From contig NC_069114.1 in NCBI RefSeq assembly GCF_025612915.1, positions 49,706,639-49,770,638 of the forward strand: a DNA stretch of 64,000 nucleotides. The letters are read 5' to 3'. A program made the translations under genes and the position numbers. How positions within the stretch are numbered: the stretch's first letter is position 1; each line of letters starts with the position of its first letter. The DNA is from Crassostrea angulata. Taxonomy: Eukaryota. The notes below the pieces were generated by a model that was not told the origin of the DNA, searched no databases, and worked only from the letters and a program-made list of their open reading frames with translations. Below, in pieces: positions 28,938 to 39,700 of the stretch.

Positions 28938-30452
28938 AGTGTTTAAATGTCGTACATGTATTCTAATTTAGTGTACAATTTATGTTGCTGTATTTAAATA
29001 TTCATACCAATGCAAGACCATGTGCACAGACGGTGTGAAATTTTAACTACGTTTAAATAACCTTTAATTTTAAAAATTTAAAGTTAAACTGTTATGAAAC
29101 TGTTGGTTTACAACATTAAACATTGAAGCTGGTCTATGGAGAATTTTTCTAACGCTTACAAAGGGAAAAGAAAAATGCTTGTATATCTGTTTATTGTAAA
29201 TGTATTTAAATAGTTTTATATTCTCGATATGCCTGTAATTATTTTCAGACATTAATAAAAATAAATCTACAGTCTTTTCATGGGACACTTTCTTATTCAA
29301 GTGAAATGAAAATTTTAAAAAAATCCAAAATGTAATATTTTTCGATATTAGTCAAATTTTAAAAGGAGGGCAAATTATGTAGATTTAACAAGTGAAGGGG
29401 GAATGTTGGACAAAAAATCATAAAATTTTCTTATTAAAATTATGAAAAAAGGAATGACCAGCTTTGGTATTCTATTTGAAAGAATAATCATTTTATTAAC
29501 AAGTAATGACCAGTATAAACAGAGTTTTTGGCCTTGAAACTTTGCTACATGTATGTATCAAGTTGTGGGCCTTTGCTACTTATATATATAGCTATCTTCA
29601 TGACAGTATTGAGATAATTTTTCAGAACATGTATGTATATATAATATCTAATGACTTTAACTTTATTTACTTGACTTTAATACTTTTAGAAGATTTATCA
29701 ATTTTGGTAATTCAGAACTTCAAATATTCAATAAAGGTGAATCGGTTTTAATTGAGGCCATACATATTGGGATATGATGATATATTCATCATATAATAGG
29801 GTGTTTTCTGTGTCTTCAAATGACTTAATCACTCATTCTTATTCAAACTGCATTGAATGAAAATTGTTTATTGAATTTTTTTTAACCTAGCTATTCAAGC
29901 TGAAGTAAATGATATATGAAGTATATGCATGCATGCATGTACTATACACTAGCTGGTACAACACTGGTACGTACTTTGTAATACATGTACCGGGTACAAG
30001 CATATTTGGTGCATGATGTAATGACCAAAAAGCATATGTATAAGTATATTTGGTGATTTAATGACCAAAGTTTGATTGATTTCAAATGCTGACTCATTCC
30101 TGCATTAAGTTTCCTTTAAAAATACAGGAGTTTACTTAGAAATTATCATATGCATTCAGTTCTACTGGACGGTATATTTACTAGCAAAATAGATAATTTA
30201 TTGGGAGTGACCAGTGACTTGAATTGCAATAACTCAAAAAAAAAAATCAACAGGCCAAACATTAAAAATGAAATAATTTCTTTGGTGTATTATGTACAGG
30301 CTATGAACTGCAAAGAAATACATAACCTGTTTTTAAAGGGTTACGTATATAATGGTAAAAATTATTATTAGATTATCGGTATTGATTAGTTAACAAACAT
30401 TGGAACCACTAAAGAATTGATTAGTTAACAAACATTGGAACCACTAAAGAAA

Positions 30453-30617
30453 GCACTTTGCTGGCGTGCCAGTCCAGTTCTCACCAAGTACCATTTCTCA
30501 GCAGTGCATTGTTACATCATTTTTCATTTATAATTTTATGTGTTGATAAAATGATGTAACAATGCACTGGCAAGAATTAATTGGTACTTGGCGAGAACTG
30601 GTTGCATGCCAGTATAG
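30453..30617. repeat. Long imperfect inverted repeat (about 65-bp arms, about 85 percent identity) about 450 bp upstream of the zinc-finger ATG. Likely MITE or hairpin.
   Basis: ctggcgtgccagtccagttctcaccaagtaccat...gcagtgcattgttacatcatttt pairs with aaaatgatgtaacaatgcactg...ggtacttggcgagaactggttgcatgccag. A 33-bp tandem duplication (gattagttaacaaacattggaaccactaaagaa, two copies) precedes it. Confidence 0.4.
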
Positions 30618-31054
30618 TTTACATGTGACTAGCATCCTTACTGAAACATTCTTCATTTTCAATGTAATTATGCATAAATTTTCTTTTTTTTCCTTTTTTT
30701 TTGAGTACCTGTATTAATACAATCAGTTTAAAATGAAATTTTGCATGGCCATGGTTAATTTTATCAAACAGCAAATACAATCATGTTATGTTAACACATA
30801 TACGCGGTATACATGTATATCAACAAGGTTAGCAATTCTGTACATTAACATCAAGTGAGTTGTAATGGAATAAATATACCTCAGACGGCCATCATATTTA
30901 AGAGAAAAACAACTAGATGTACCTTCTATGTAAATAACTATGTCAATTTCCAAAGATTATACTGAAAATATATTTTGAAATAAAATTATTAAACAGATTT
31001 TTTCTGTACAAGTAGATATATGTATTTAATGCCATGCTTGTCTAATCTGTAGGA

Positions 31055-34000
31055 ATGGATGACACAGGAAACAGTTCAGTTCTCGACACCTCAGAGGGGG
31101 CGCTAGTGGTGGACCTATCTCACTGTACGGATGACTCGCAGCTTGCTGATACCTCAAGATGTACTCTGGAGGACTCGAAACTTACCGAGACACACACTGC
31201 CGTTGCCTCCGAGGAGAGGAATGGTCCTGGAGGTGTCACCTTCACCTCTGAGGACCTACCTCAGAAAACCGAGACAAATCCTTGTGAGAAGTCTGCGTGT
31301 ACTAACAGTGACTCATGTGGAACCAAAGGAGTGAAAGAAAAATCAAACCTTGATACAGACCCCAAGGAGGAGGCAGCAACTCACAGGAAGTTAGATGAGG
31401 CCCAGACTTGCACCAAGTTCACGCCTCAGAAAGCTATGAAGGCTGTGCTACAGAGAGGTACAGAAGAGCCCCAGAGGAGTAAATACACCCCACAGAAGGT
31501 CGACCACAGACTGGCCCAGCTGGCAGTCAATGCTTACGTATCCCCCTCCAATAGAGGGGGCTCCCCAGAGACTGATAGAGGGGATCCAACGGACAAGGAA
31601 CAGTCCACTGCTGGACGGAACATTAAGGCAGATAAATCTTATCTGGAAACATCCCATTCTGCAGTACCTTCTGCCCCTCCAAATACCTTCCACGGAAGGA
31701 GCAGTGTTCTTACTACAAACCAAAACTTGATTCATCCCCATGTTCAAATCCAACAAGAATTGAACAGTAATGTACAACAAACCACAGAATCAGGCATTGG
31801 CCATTCTACAGGGGAGCATCCATCTTCATCAGAAGCTGCACAACCTACAACTACCTCTTATGCTATGAATCCTCTGTCGAACAGAAAAGAACCAACACCA
31901 GCAAACATGGTACCAGTTCAAGAGAAGCAGAAGATTCCCTCTCAAGCAGATCTGTATTCTCAGGAGATGTCTCGTTTATATTCTAACGTGAAGCAGAAAG
32001 AGAATACTTTAGGATTGGATGGAAGAGGTCCACCTGAGGAAGATGAGGAGGAGGAAGAAATGGAGGACATGAATGAGACATATGACCAGAGTGACCTCAG
32101 TAAAATGGAGGATGAGATGGAGACCAGTCAAGTTGAGGAGAGAGAACCAGTCCAGTTTCAGACAACAGATGTTCATTGTGCTGCCTGTAACAATTGGTTT
32201 ATGAATATGAACTCGTACACCCTTCACATGCCTAGACATGCTCAGATGGGCTCCCCTTTGTTGGGACTAAAGTGTGAAATCTGTAAGAAATCATATCTGT
32301 ATGAATTGGAATTCAAAGCTCATGTACAAGCCCACTTAGAGAAGCAGAAAGTTTATAAGTGTCGGGTTTGTTTGAAGCCTTTCCATGAAAAATCGGAGCT
32401 TCAGCGTCACGCAAAAATTCACCAAGACAAGAAAGAATTTTCCTGCCAGTTTTGTGGTAAGGAGTTCCATTACACCTTTAATCTCAAGAAACACCTGAGA
32501 ACTCACACAGGTGAGAAACCATATACCTGTGTTTTGTGTGAACTCAAGTTCACCCATAAGAACAGCCTGAACCGCCACATGAGCGTGCACACTGACGACA
32601 ACAAGGTTGAGTGCTGTGTTTGTGACCGGGTGTGTCCCGATCGGTGGACCCTTCAGAAACACCTCGCCTCTCATCAGATCCTCCACTGCCCTCAATGTGA
32701 ACAGTACTTCACCAACAGCAGAGAACTGCAGGAGCATCGGAAATCTCACAAAGAAACAGAAAACTCTGCCCCTGAAGTACTCCAGATGCACAACACTAAC
32801 CAGGCCAAGCCCTCAGACATTGCCATAGCTAGTTCAGAAAACATGAAACCGTCAGACCTTCCTCAGAAACCAAAAGCGAAGCGTAACAGAAGATCTGCTG
32901 AAACACAGTGTGAAATCTGTCGAAAAGTTTTCAAAAATCCAGGAAATTATTACCGACACTTACAATCCAAAGAGGGAATGCCGATTCAGACGTGTGACTT
33001 GTGTGGGCACCAGTTCCATGATGTTTACGATCTGTTGAAGCACACACGCCAGGTTCACTCACAGACTGTAGACACAAAGGGCTACAGCTGTCGTATGTGT
33101 GGGCAGAGCTTCACAGACCTAGCCCTCCTGACGGAACACATGTCTGAGCATCTACAGAAAATGAAGAAATCAGGCTCAGCTTTACCCAGACCCCAGCCCA
33201 TCAAGCAGGAGGAGCCTCTCCCTCACTTTTGCTCTGTTTGTGGTGAACAGTTCCTCAATGTGACGCTGCTGGAGCTCCACATGATGGAGCACTCCTCCTC
33301 CCATGGAGCAGTCAATGTTCTAGATCTCTCAAAAACCAAGGATTCTGCCAGTCAGCCTCCTCCAAGAAAGCGTCTGAAGCTCGAGTCTGTAGAAACAGCC
33401 GAGTCACATGAATATTACGACAGTGACAAGGAAAATGAACCTCTCAATCTCTCCAAGAAGACATACTCTCCGAGGGCAAAGCCAAAGATTCTGGGAGTTC
33501 ACCAGCCCAGGGGTCACTCATCTCTCTCCAGCGTCAGTAATGTGCCTCCTGTCACAAGTCACATGTCTTCTCATCTCAGCCACAAATCTCTAGCCAGTTC
33601 AGATTCTAGCCCTGTCGGATTAGATTTATCATGCAGATCAAAGGTGTCTGAAGCACATCAGAATATTGCTGCTGATGACCAAACACAGAACAAAAATGAA
33701 TCTAACAATGCCTCTGATCATTTCCTGCAAAAGTCTGCAATGGAAGATAGTACTGAGAGAACAGACAGAGAGAAAACTGAGGTTGGTCCTGACAATGGGA
33801 TTGTACCACTGAAATCCTCACCCGAGGAGACCAGTGTTACCATGGACACAACTCATGATGATTCTCCAGATGAGAACTCTAACCTAACAGACAGAAGTGA
33901 TCACCTTGAACAAGTGCCTGACCTTGGCAGTAGAACAGTTTCCCCTTCGTCCTTGACCTGTGAGTATTGTACAAAGACCTTCAGCGACCCGGTGACCTTG

Positions 34001-34428
34001 AACAGACACCTGTCCTCCCACTATAAGGAGTGGGCCTTCTACTGTAACTACTGCAACACCATGTTTACGGAGGAGGTCAGCTACAGGGCTCACACCCCCA
34101 CCCACCCCTCACACACCCCTTATATGTGTAATGTGTGTAGCACCCATTTTTCGGACAGAATCAGCCTCGGGGCCCATCTCTCCCAAGCTCATTCCCAGGA
34201 GAAACCATTCCAGTGTGGCGTTTGCCAGAGGAGGTTCCCAGTGAAATCCTACCTCGGGTCTCATTGCAGGACACACCTGACAGAGCGCCCATTCAAGTGT
34301 AACATCTGTGAGAGGACCTTTGTCCACAACTTTAATCTGACCAAACACATGAGGACACATACTGGAGAGAAGCCCTACACATGTGCTTGGTGTGACAGAA
34401 AATTTAGCCAAAAGAACAGCTTGAATAG
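31055..34428 (+). CDS. Zinc-finger gene coding exon 1
   Basis: ORF 31055-34432 is 1125 aa. It ends at AG|gtaaat, where the in-frame TAA lies inside the donor. Confidence 0.85.
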
Positions 34429-35133
34429 GTAAATAGTTTTATTGAGACTTAAATATGTGTTGTTAAAAATGTGTTGGAAAATCTAAATGTTCTTATATTT
34501 GCTTCATTGTTTAATGAATTTCTAAAATGTTGTAGGCATGAGAAAATCCACATGCGAGAAACGCCCTCCAAAGGAGCTCTACAGCCTTCTTCTGGAGGTG
34601 GTCAGCTGTTCAGCCCAGGGCCAGGACAGGAGGAACCCCAGCATGGTAGGACCACACCCTACAAATCAGAGAGATCCACCCCCAGCACTATCAGTAGTCC
34701 CCACCCGACCACCCCCCAGAGTCAGCACCAGAACCGGTCAGTTCAACGCTCCAGGAACAGCTCTGCCAGCTCCACTGGTACCCACAGGTCTACCCCAGAA
34801 CCAACCTCACAGGACAGGTACCCCGCCCCTGAGGTCCTACAACATATGTACATGCAACAGATGGCTATGATGCAGCATATGGCTCAGCAGCAGCATGGGG
34901 GCAGCATGAACTTGATGCAGAGCCCCTACATGATGGCAGCATACATGCAGCAGATGCACATGATGCAGCAGATGGCGGGCCAAGATCCCAGCATGATGTC
35001 CTATCCCCCAGCAGCAATGGAGTCCATGATGTCCTCTTATGCCAAGTCCATGGAGGAATACAATAAAAATCTCGAGCAACAGACCAGGAAAGACCCCAGC
35101 CATTTCCCAGGCGGTCATGGTAAAGGGGTGTAA
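31055..35133 (+). CDS. Large multi-C2H2 zinc-finger protein (about 1323 aa) with a CtBP-type PLNLS motif and a Q/M/H-rich C-terminal tail; gene span, 2 coding exons
   Basis: Exon 31055-34428 runs from the first in-frame ATG (an upstream in-frame TAA sits at 31043) to the donor AG|gtaaat at 34429. Exon 34536-35133 uses the acceptor tgttgtag. The splice rebuilds a canonical finger, YTCAWCDRKFSQKNSLNR|HEKIH. There are at least 15 C2H2 fingers (e.g. FSCQFCGKEFHYTFNLKKHLRTHTGEKPYTCVLCELKFTHKNSLNRHMSVH), an acidic stretch EEDEEEEEMEDMNE, PLNLSKK near aa 790, and a C-terminal MQQMAMMQHMAQQQH low-complexity region. Orthology is not assigned. Confidence 0.85.
34536..35133 (+). CDS. Zinc-finger gene terminal coding exon
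   Basis: Same frame as ORF 34471-35133. Completes the C2H2 finger (HEKIH) and ends at TAA 35131-35133. Confidence 0.8.
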
Positions 35134-35365
35134 CTCTCAAGTTGATGGGATCTAGTGTCACTTGGATAAAGAAACTTCTACAGACAGTAAAGTGAATTCA
35201 TTAGACTTCACATACAGGGGACAGCTGAGAAATCTGCCAGAAACTTTGGTGTTTTTTTGTTCTGAGTTTAAATTAGGATAATCATTTCAGTTGATTTCAG
35301 TTGATTTTACAATGTGTTGATTAAAACTCTAAAATATGATTATCAAAGTATGAACATGGTTGGTC

Positions 35366-35371
35366 AATAAA
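35366..35371 (+). other. AATAAA polyadenylation signal for the zinc-finger gene (233 nt after the stop)
   Basis: ggtcAATAAAttg. Confidence 0.45.
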
Positions 35372-36580
35372 TTGTAGTTTGTTAAAATCTCAATTTTTTG
35401 TTAATTAATTAAGAGAAGTTTACACAAGAAGTGCATTTCCTTCAATGCTGATGTATTGTGCAATCCAGAATTAAATTTCCATGGATTTTTAATCCCTTGA
35501 AATTTTGGTACTTATAAAAATTACCGGTATTAAAAAAGTTGTCTCCCTTTTGAATTGATTCTAAAATTTAATCATTTTCAAAAATATCTAAATTCAAGTA
35601 CAGGTAATCAATATATGGTCTTCATTGGGTTGTGTGCGATACTTTTTTTATGCTTTCAATTCCTGAAATCAGACGTATTCTAAAATGATAAATGTCTAGC
35701 TGTACACCTGAATTACATATACATGTATCAAGTTTTAAAATAATTAATGGAATACATTTTATAGTGGGGAGTACAATTGATGTAACTTACTAGAGTAGTT
35801 CAGTATAGTGCTTGATAGTCCAATTCACAGTTATGAATACTTATTCTTAAGACTTTTTTTTGCAGCATCTATTGTAAAGAAAAATCATCAGATTTTTTAC
35901 AGTAGCCTGTTCCCAAAGAAATTCCTCTCAATTACAAGTATCTTGATCAAAACAAAATACATATATCTGGGGATGTATACTTCTTTTTTGGGGGATTAGA
36001 ATAAAATTTTGTTTCAAACAAAAGAGTTAGAGTTCACAGTAGAAGACCCAGGAGAGAAATTTCAATTTTTCCCTTTTATCTTTGCTAGCCAAGGATTTTT
36101 TATACACTACGGTCCATGGTTCCTCACAAATGAAGAGTAACATTATTCCCTTGTTTCCACATAGGGGCACAACTCAATTCACATTTCACAATGTTCGGAA
36201 AGATTCTCTGTCTTTATATAAGAGGCTTATAAATAAGAAAAAACAAACCCAAAACCCATATCTTTAAATCTTCATAAATCTACAATATAGTAATTTGAAT
36301 AGCCCGCCATCATATTGACAAAGGGGGCTAACTCCAACCACCTGCTGTTCTTAGCAACGTGTAAACCATAACAGGGCAAATCACAATGCGTATTAATTCG
36401 CAAATTCGTAAAAATCGGAATCAAGAGTTTTAATTGCTTTACAATCGGAGAGAATAATCTTTTTTATAGTTTGAAGATATTGAATTGATCAAAATTATAT
36501 TATATTATTTCATATATCTATTAAGTAAACAAATATGGAACTATATTGATCCACAAGAGAGAGTAAAGCGGTTCGTCAAA

Positions 36581-36721
36581 ATGGCGACTAGTGCCAAAAC
36601 TCCGTTTAGCCATTATCAAAATGGAAAATATGGCACTCTACCTGGGAATCCGGGTAATAACTCAGAGGTTACGCAGGACATGCATCTCAAGATGTCAAAG
36701 AAAATAGCACAGCTCACAAAA
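36581..36721 (+). CDS. FAM184A: FAM184-like exon 1 (ATG 36581, Kozak caaaATGG)
   Basis: MATSAKTPFSHYQNGKYGTLPGNPGNNSEVTQDMHLKMSKKIAQLTK|gtaagt. Confidence 0.75.
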
Positions 36722-39700
36722 GTAAGTGTTACGAGCGTTATGTTTGACAAAGTCACGGTGACAGTTAGGGATCGGGTGACGTAGGAAAATAACAGTGTAG
36801 ACATACTGCGTGACACTTGTAATACATTTTACAGCTGTTTTACAAAAACAGAAAGGTTTGATTAAAGACTTATTGTCACTTTCTTTCACTTTATGTATGA
36901 GAAATGTCCTCTGGTTGTCGGTGCGAATGTCCTCTATACCAGAGCTACCAATTTATTTGTGCATATATTGCATTAGGCTTTCTAAACACTAGACAATATT
37001 ATACACTGTCAATACATAGAGCCTGTGGGGCTTAATTAAATCTTTTTCCGTGAATGCAGTTAAAACAAGAATGAATGTACATGAAGTTGCATGCAGCAAG
37101 ATTTTTTAAATTTCATTTAAGTTAATATAATATGTGACAGTAATAATGATAATTTCCATACAAGTCTCAAATTTTATGAAATAGATGTCATTGAGTACTT
37201 TAATTTAATCCTTTTTAGGTCATTTATGCACTGAACACAAAGAATGATGAACACGAAGCAGTTGTCCAGACTTTAAAAGAGCAGCATGAAGAACAGATAC
37301 AGCAATTGTTGTCAGAGACAAGAGAGAAAATCCTCAAAATCAAACAGAAAATTGACAATGACAGTGACCACAAACACACAATTTCGAACCTACAGAACTG
37401 TGTGGCAGAGCATGAGAAACACAAAAAGGAGGCCCTCAGTAAGTTTGAGGGCTACAAGAGACAGGCAGAGGAGCGTGAGAATAAACTCAAAACCGAACAT
37501 TCGCAGAAATACCTGGAACTATCGCAGGAGGTCTTGTCAGCAAAACGGCATTTCGAGGAACAGTTGTCCAAGTTTGAGTTGTGGCGAAAAGAAGCAGATT
37601 CAGAGAAGGAGAAAGCTTTGGAAGAACAGAAACAAATCCACACCAAAGAAATGGATGAACTTCGTGATTTCTTCCGATCCCAAAACAACGACTGGTTGAA
37701 CGAATGTGCTAAAATAGAGGATAAATACAAGGCGGAACTGGAGGGACTGAGGGCCCAGAGTGAGACACTGAACAGTGAGAAACAGAAACTGACAGAAGAC
37801 TATGAATCCAAACTTGCCAAAGCCAAGGCCTTCTATGAGAAGGAGTTGGAAGTGTTACGAAACGCCAAGGATAGTTCAGTGGAGGACGTCGTTAACAGAT
37901 ACAAACAAGAGCAAGAGAAACTCAAGAAAGACTTCCTGTCCCAGCAGAAGGAGCTAAAGTTACAGATAGAGCGCCTAGTCAACGAGTTGTCTGTCAGCGA
38001 GGAAAACACCGACAAACTCAGGAAGGAGCTGGACAGTCTGAGAGACAGCATGAAAGACAAAGACGCCACCTCATCGGGGCTCTTCCAACAGGTGTGTCCA
38101 TTGTTCTTATGGTTTGTTGATCAAATTCAGGGCTTGCTTTGTTAAGATTCAGGGTGGGTTTTACAAAGGAACATACAACTTTCGACGAAAATTATTTTTT
38201 TCATAAATGACATACATTTAAAAAAAATTCACAATAGATACAAATAGAATATGATAACAGATGTTGAAAAAAGTTTAGAATAAATAATTTTCAATCTATT
38301 CTATGCTAAAGGAGATCATTCCATTTGAATGTATAGATATTTATAACTTTATCCTAAGTGTTTTTGTAAATCAACCCCCCCCATGATTTTGTCTTAGTAT
38401 AGTACAGCTACAATATGTGTGGGTGTGATCAACTTTTACAGCATGTTTGATAGCATTGTGATGATCTTGGTATATCATTGTACAGCTACAACAAGTGCGT
38501 GTGGAGGCGGCAGACGCCAGTAAGAGACTGAAGGAGCTACAGTCAGAGCTGGTGGCGACCAAGGAGCGGTGCAGTCAGCAGGCGGAGGACCTCAACAGGA
38601 AGTCAGGTATGGTTTAAGGCGACGTGCCGTAATGTGTTATGTGTAGCTAATGTACAAGATCGTAAAATCAGGCATTGGAGTTCAGTAAACTAAACTTAAG
38701 TGTTATTTATCATTTGTAAGACTTTATATCTGTCATCAAAATCTGTTTTCAAAACAAATATCATCTCCCTCATGCTATTCATCTTTTTTGTAGTTCACAT
38801 TGGACAACTGGAAGGAACCGTTGTCCAGAAGACGTCTAAGATTAAAGAACTGGAGGACGAGATCAGGAAACTAAAGGACCGCTTGTCATGGCTGGAGTCG
38901 GAGCGGAAGTCCCTGGAGAACCAGAAAGAGTCCCTTTCAGAGAGTCAGCAGTCTCAGCTCAAGTCACTTGAAAGGGTAGGTCATGAGGTCAAAGGTCAAA
39001 CAGTGTCCACACATCAAGGTGTTGTATAAGGTTGTAAAATCCTTAATTTATCCTTTTGCTTGAAAATAGAACTCATTTAATAGAATGTACATCATAGTTA
39101 AGTTTTTGGAGCATTGTTAAATCCTCAATATATATTTTTACTTTAAAAGAGTTTTTTTTTATATAAAATGCATATGATTTTTTAGTCTTTGGAGGATCTG
39201 TCGATTGAAAAGCAGACAATGATGACTCGGCTAGAGAAAGAGATTCAGTCGCTAAAGGAGAAGTCGGCGACCAGAGAGAGGGAGCTGACAGAGCAGCACA
39301 CCAGCCAGGTACAGCAGCTCAACCAGGCCCACTCCCAGAGTCTGGAGATGACCAAGAAGAAGGCGGACGATCAGCTGACGCAGACCAAGGAGGTAGGTAG
39401 CGTTGAGGGGTGGGGAGACAGGGTCGGCAAAAAAAAGTGGGAAATACTCATAGTGTCCAGGACAGTGGAAAATAATGGTATGTCTTGGGAGTTATTTTTA
39501 TTTTCCTGGGAAATAAAGTCTGACAACATACTTCAAACTTTTCATCATATCTGTTAAGATGTGGAGAGTAGTACACCGGGGACCTCACAGATTATAGGGG
39601 GAATAGAAATCCATCCGATAATAAAATGGAGAAATTTTAATATATTCTCAGTATAACATTTATTTACTAATTTCAGGAAATGCTGAAGAAGTACCATGAA

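Noticed and set aside
32336-32791. 151-aa minus-strand ORF (and other antisense ORFs at 31448-31780, 32009-32239, 33884-34411, 34837-35161) inside the zinc-finger gene
   Set aside because: These are shadow ORFs antisense to a long, well-supported zinc-finger coding exon. They have low-complexity composition and no motifs.
34430-34432. TAA stop terminating the zinc-finger ORF at NSLNR
   Set aside because: The TAA lies inside a consensus donor AG|GTAAAT. Splicing to 34536 completes the zinc finger (HEKIH) and continues 199 codons in frame, so the stop is intronic in the main isoform.
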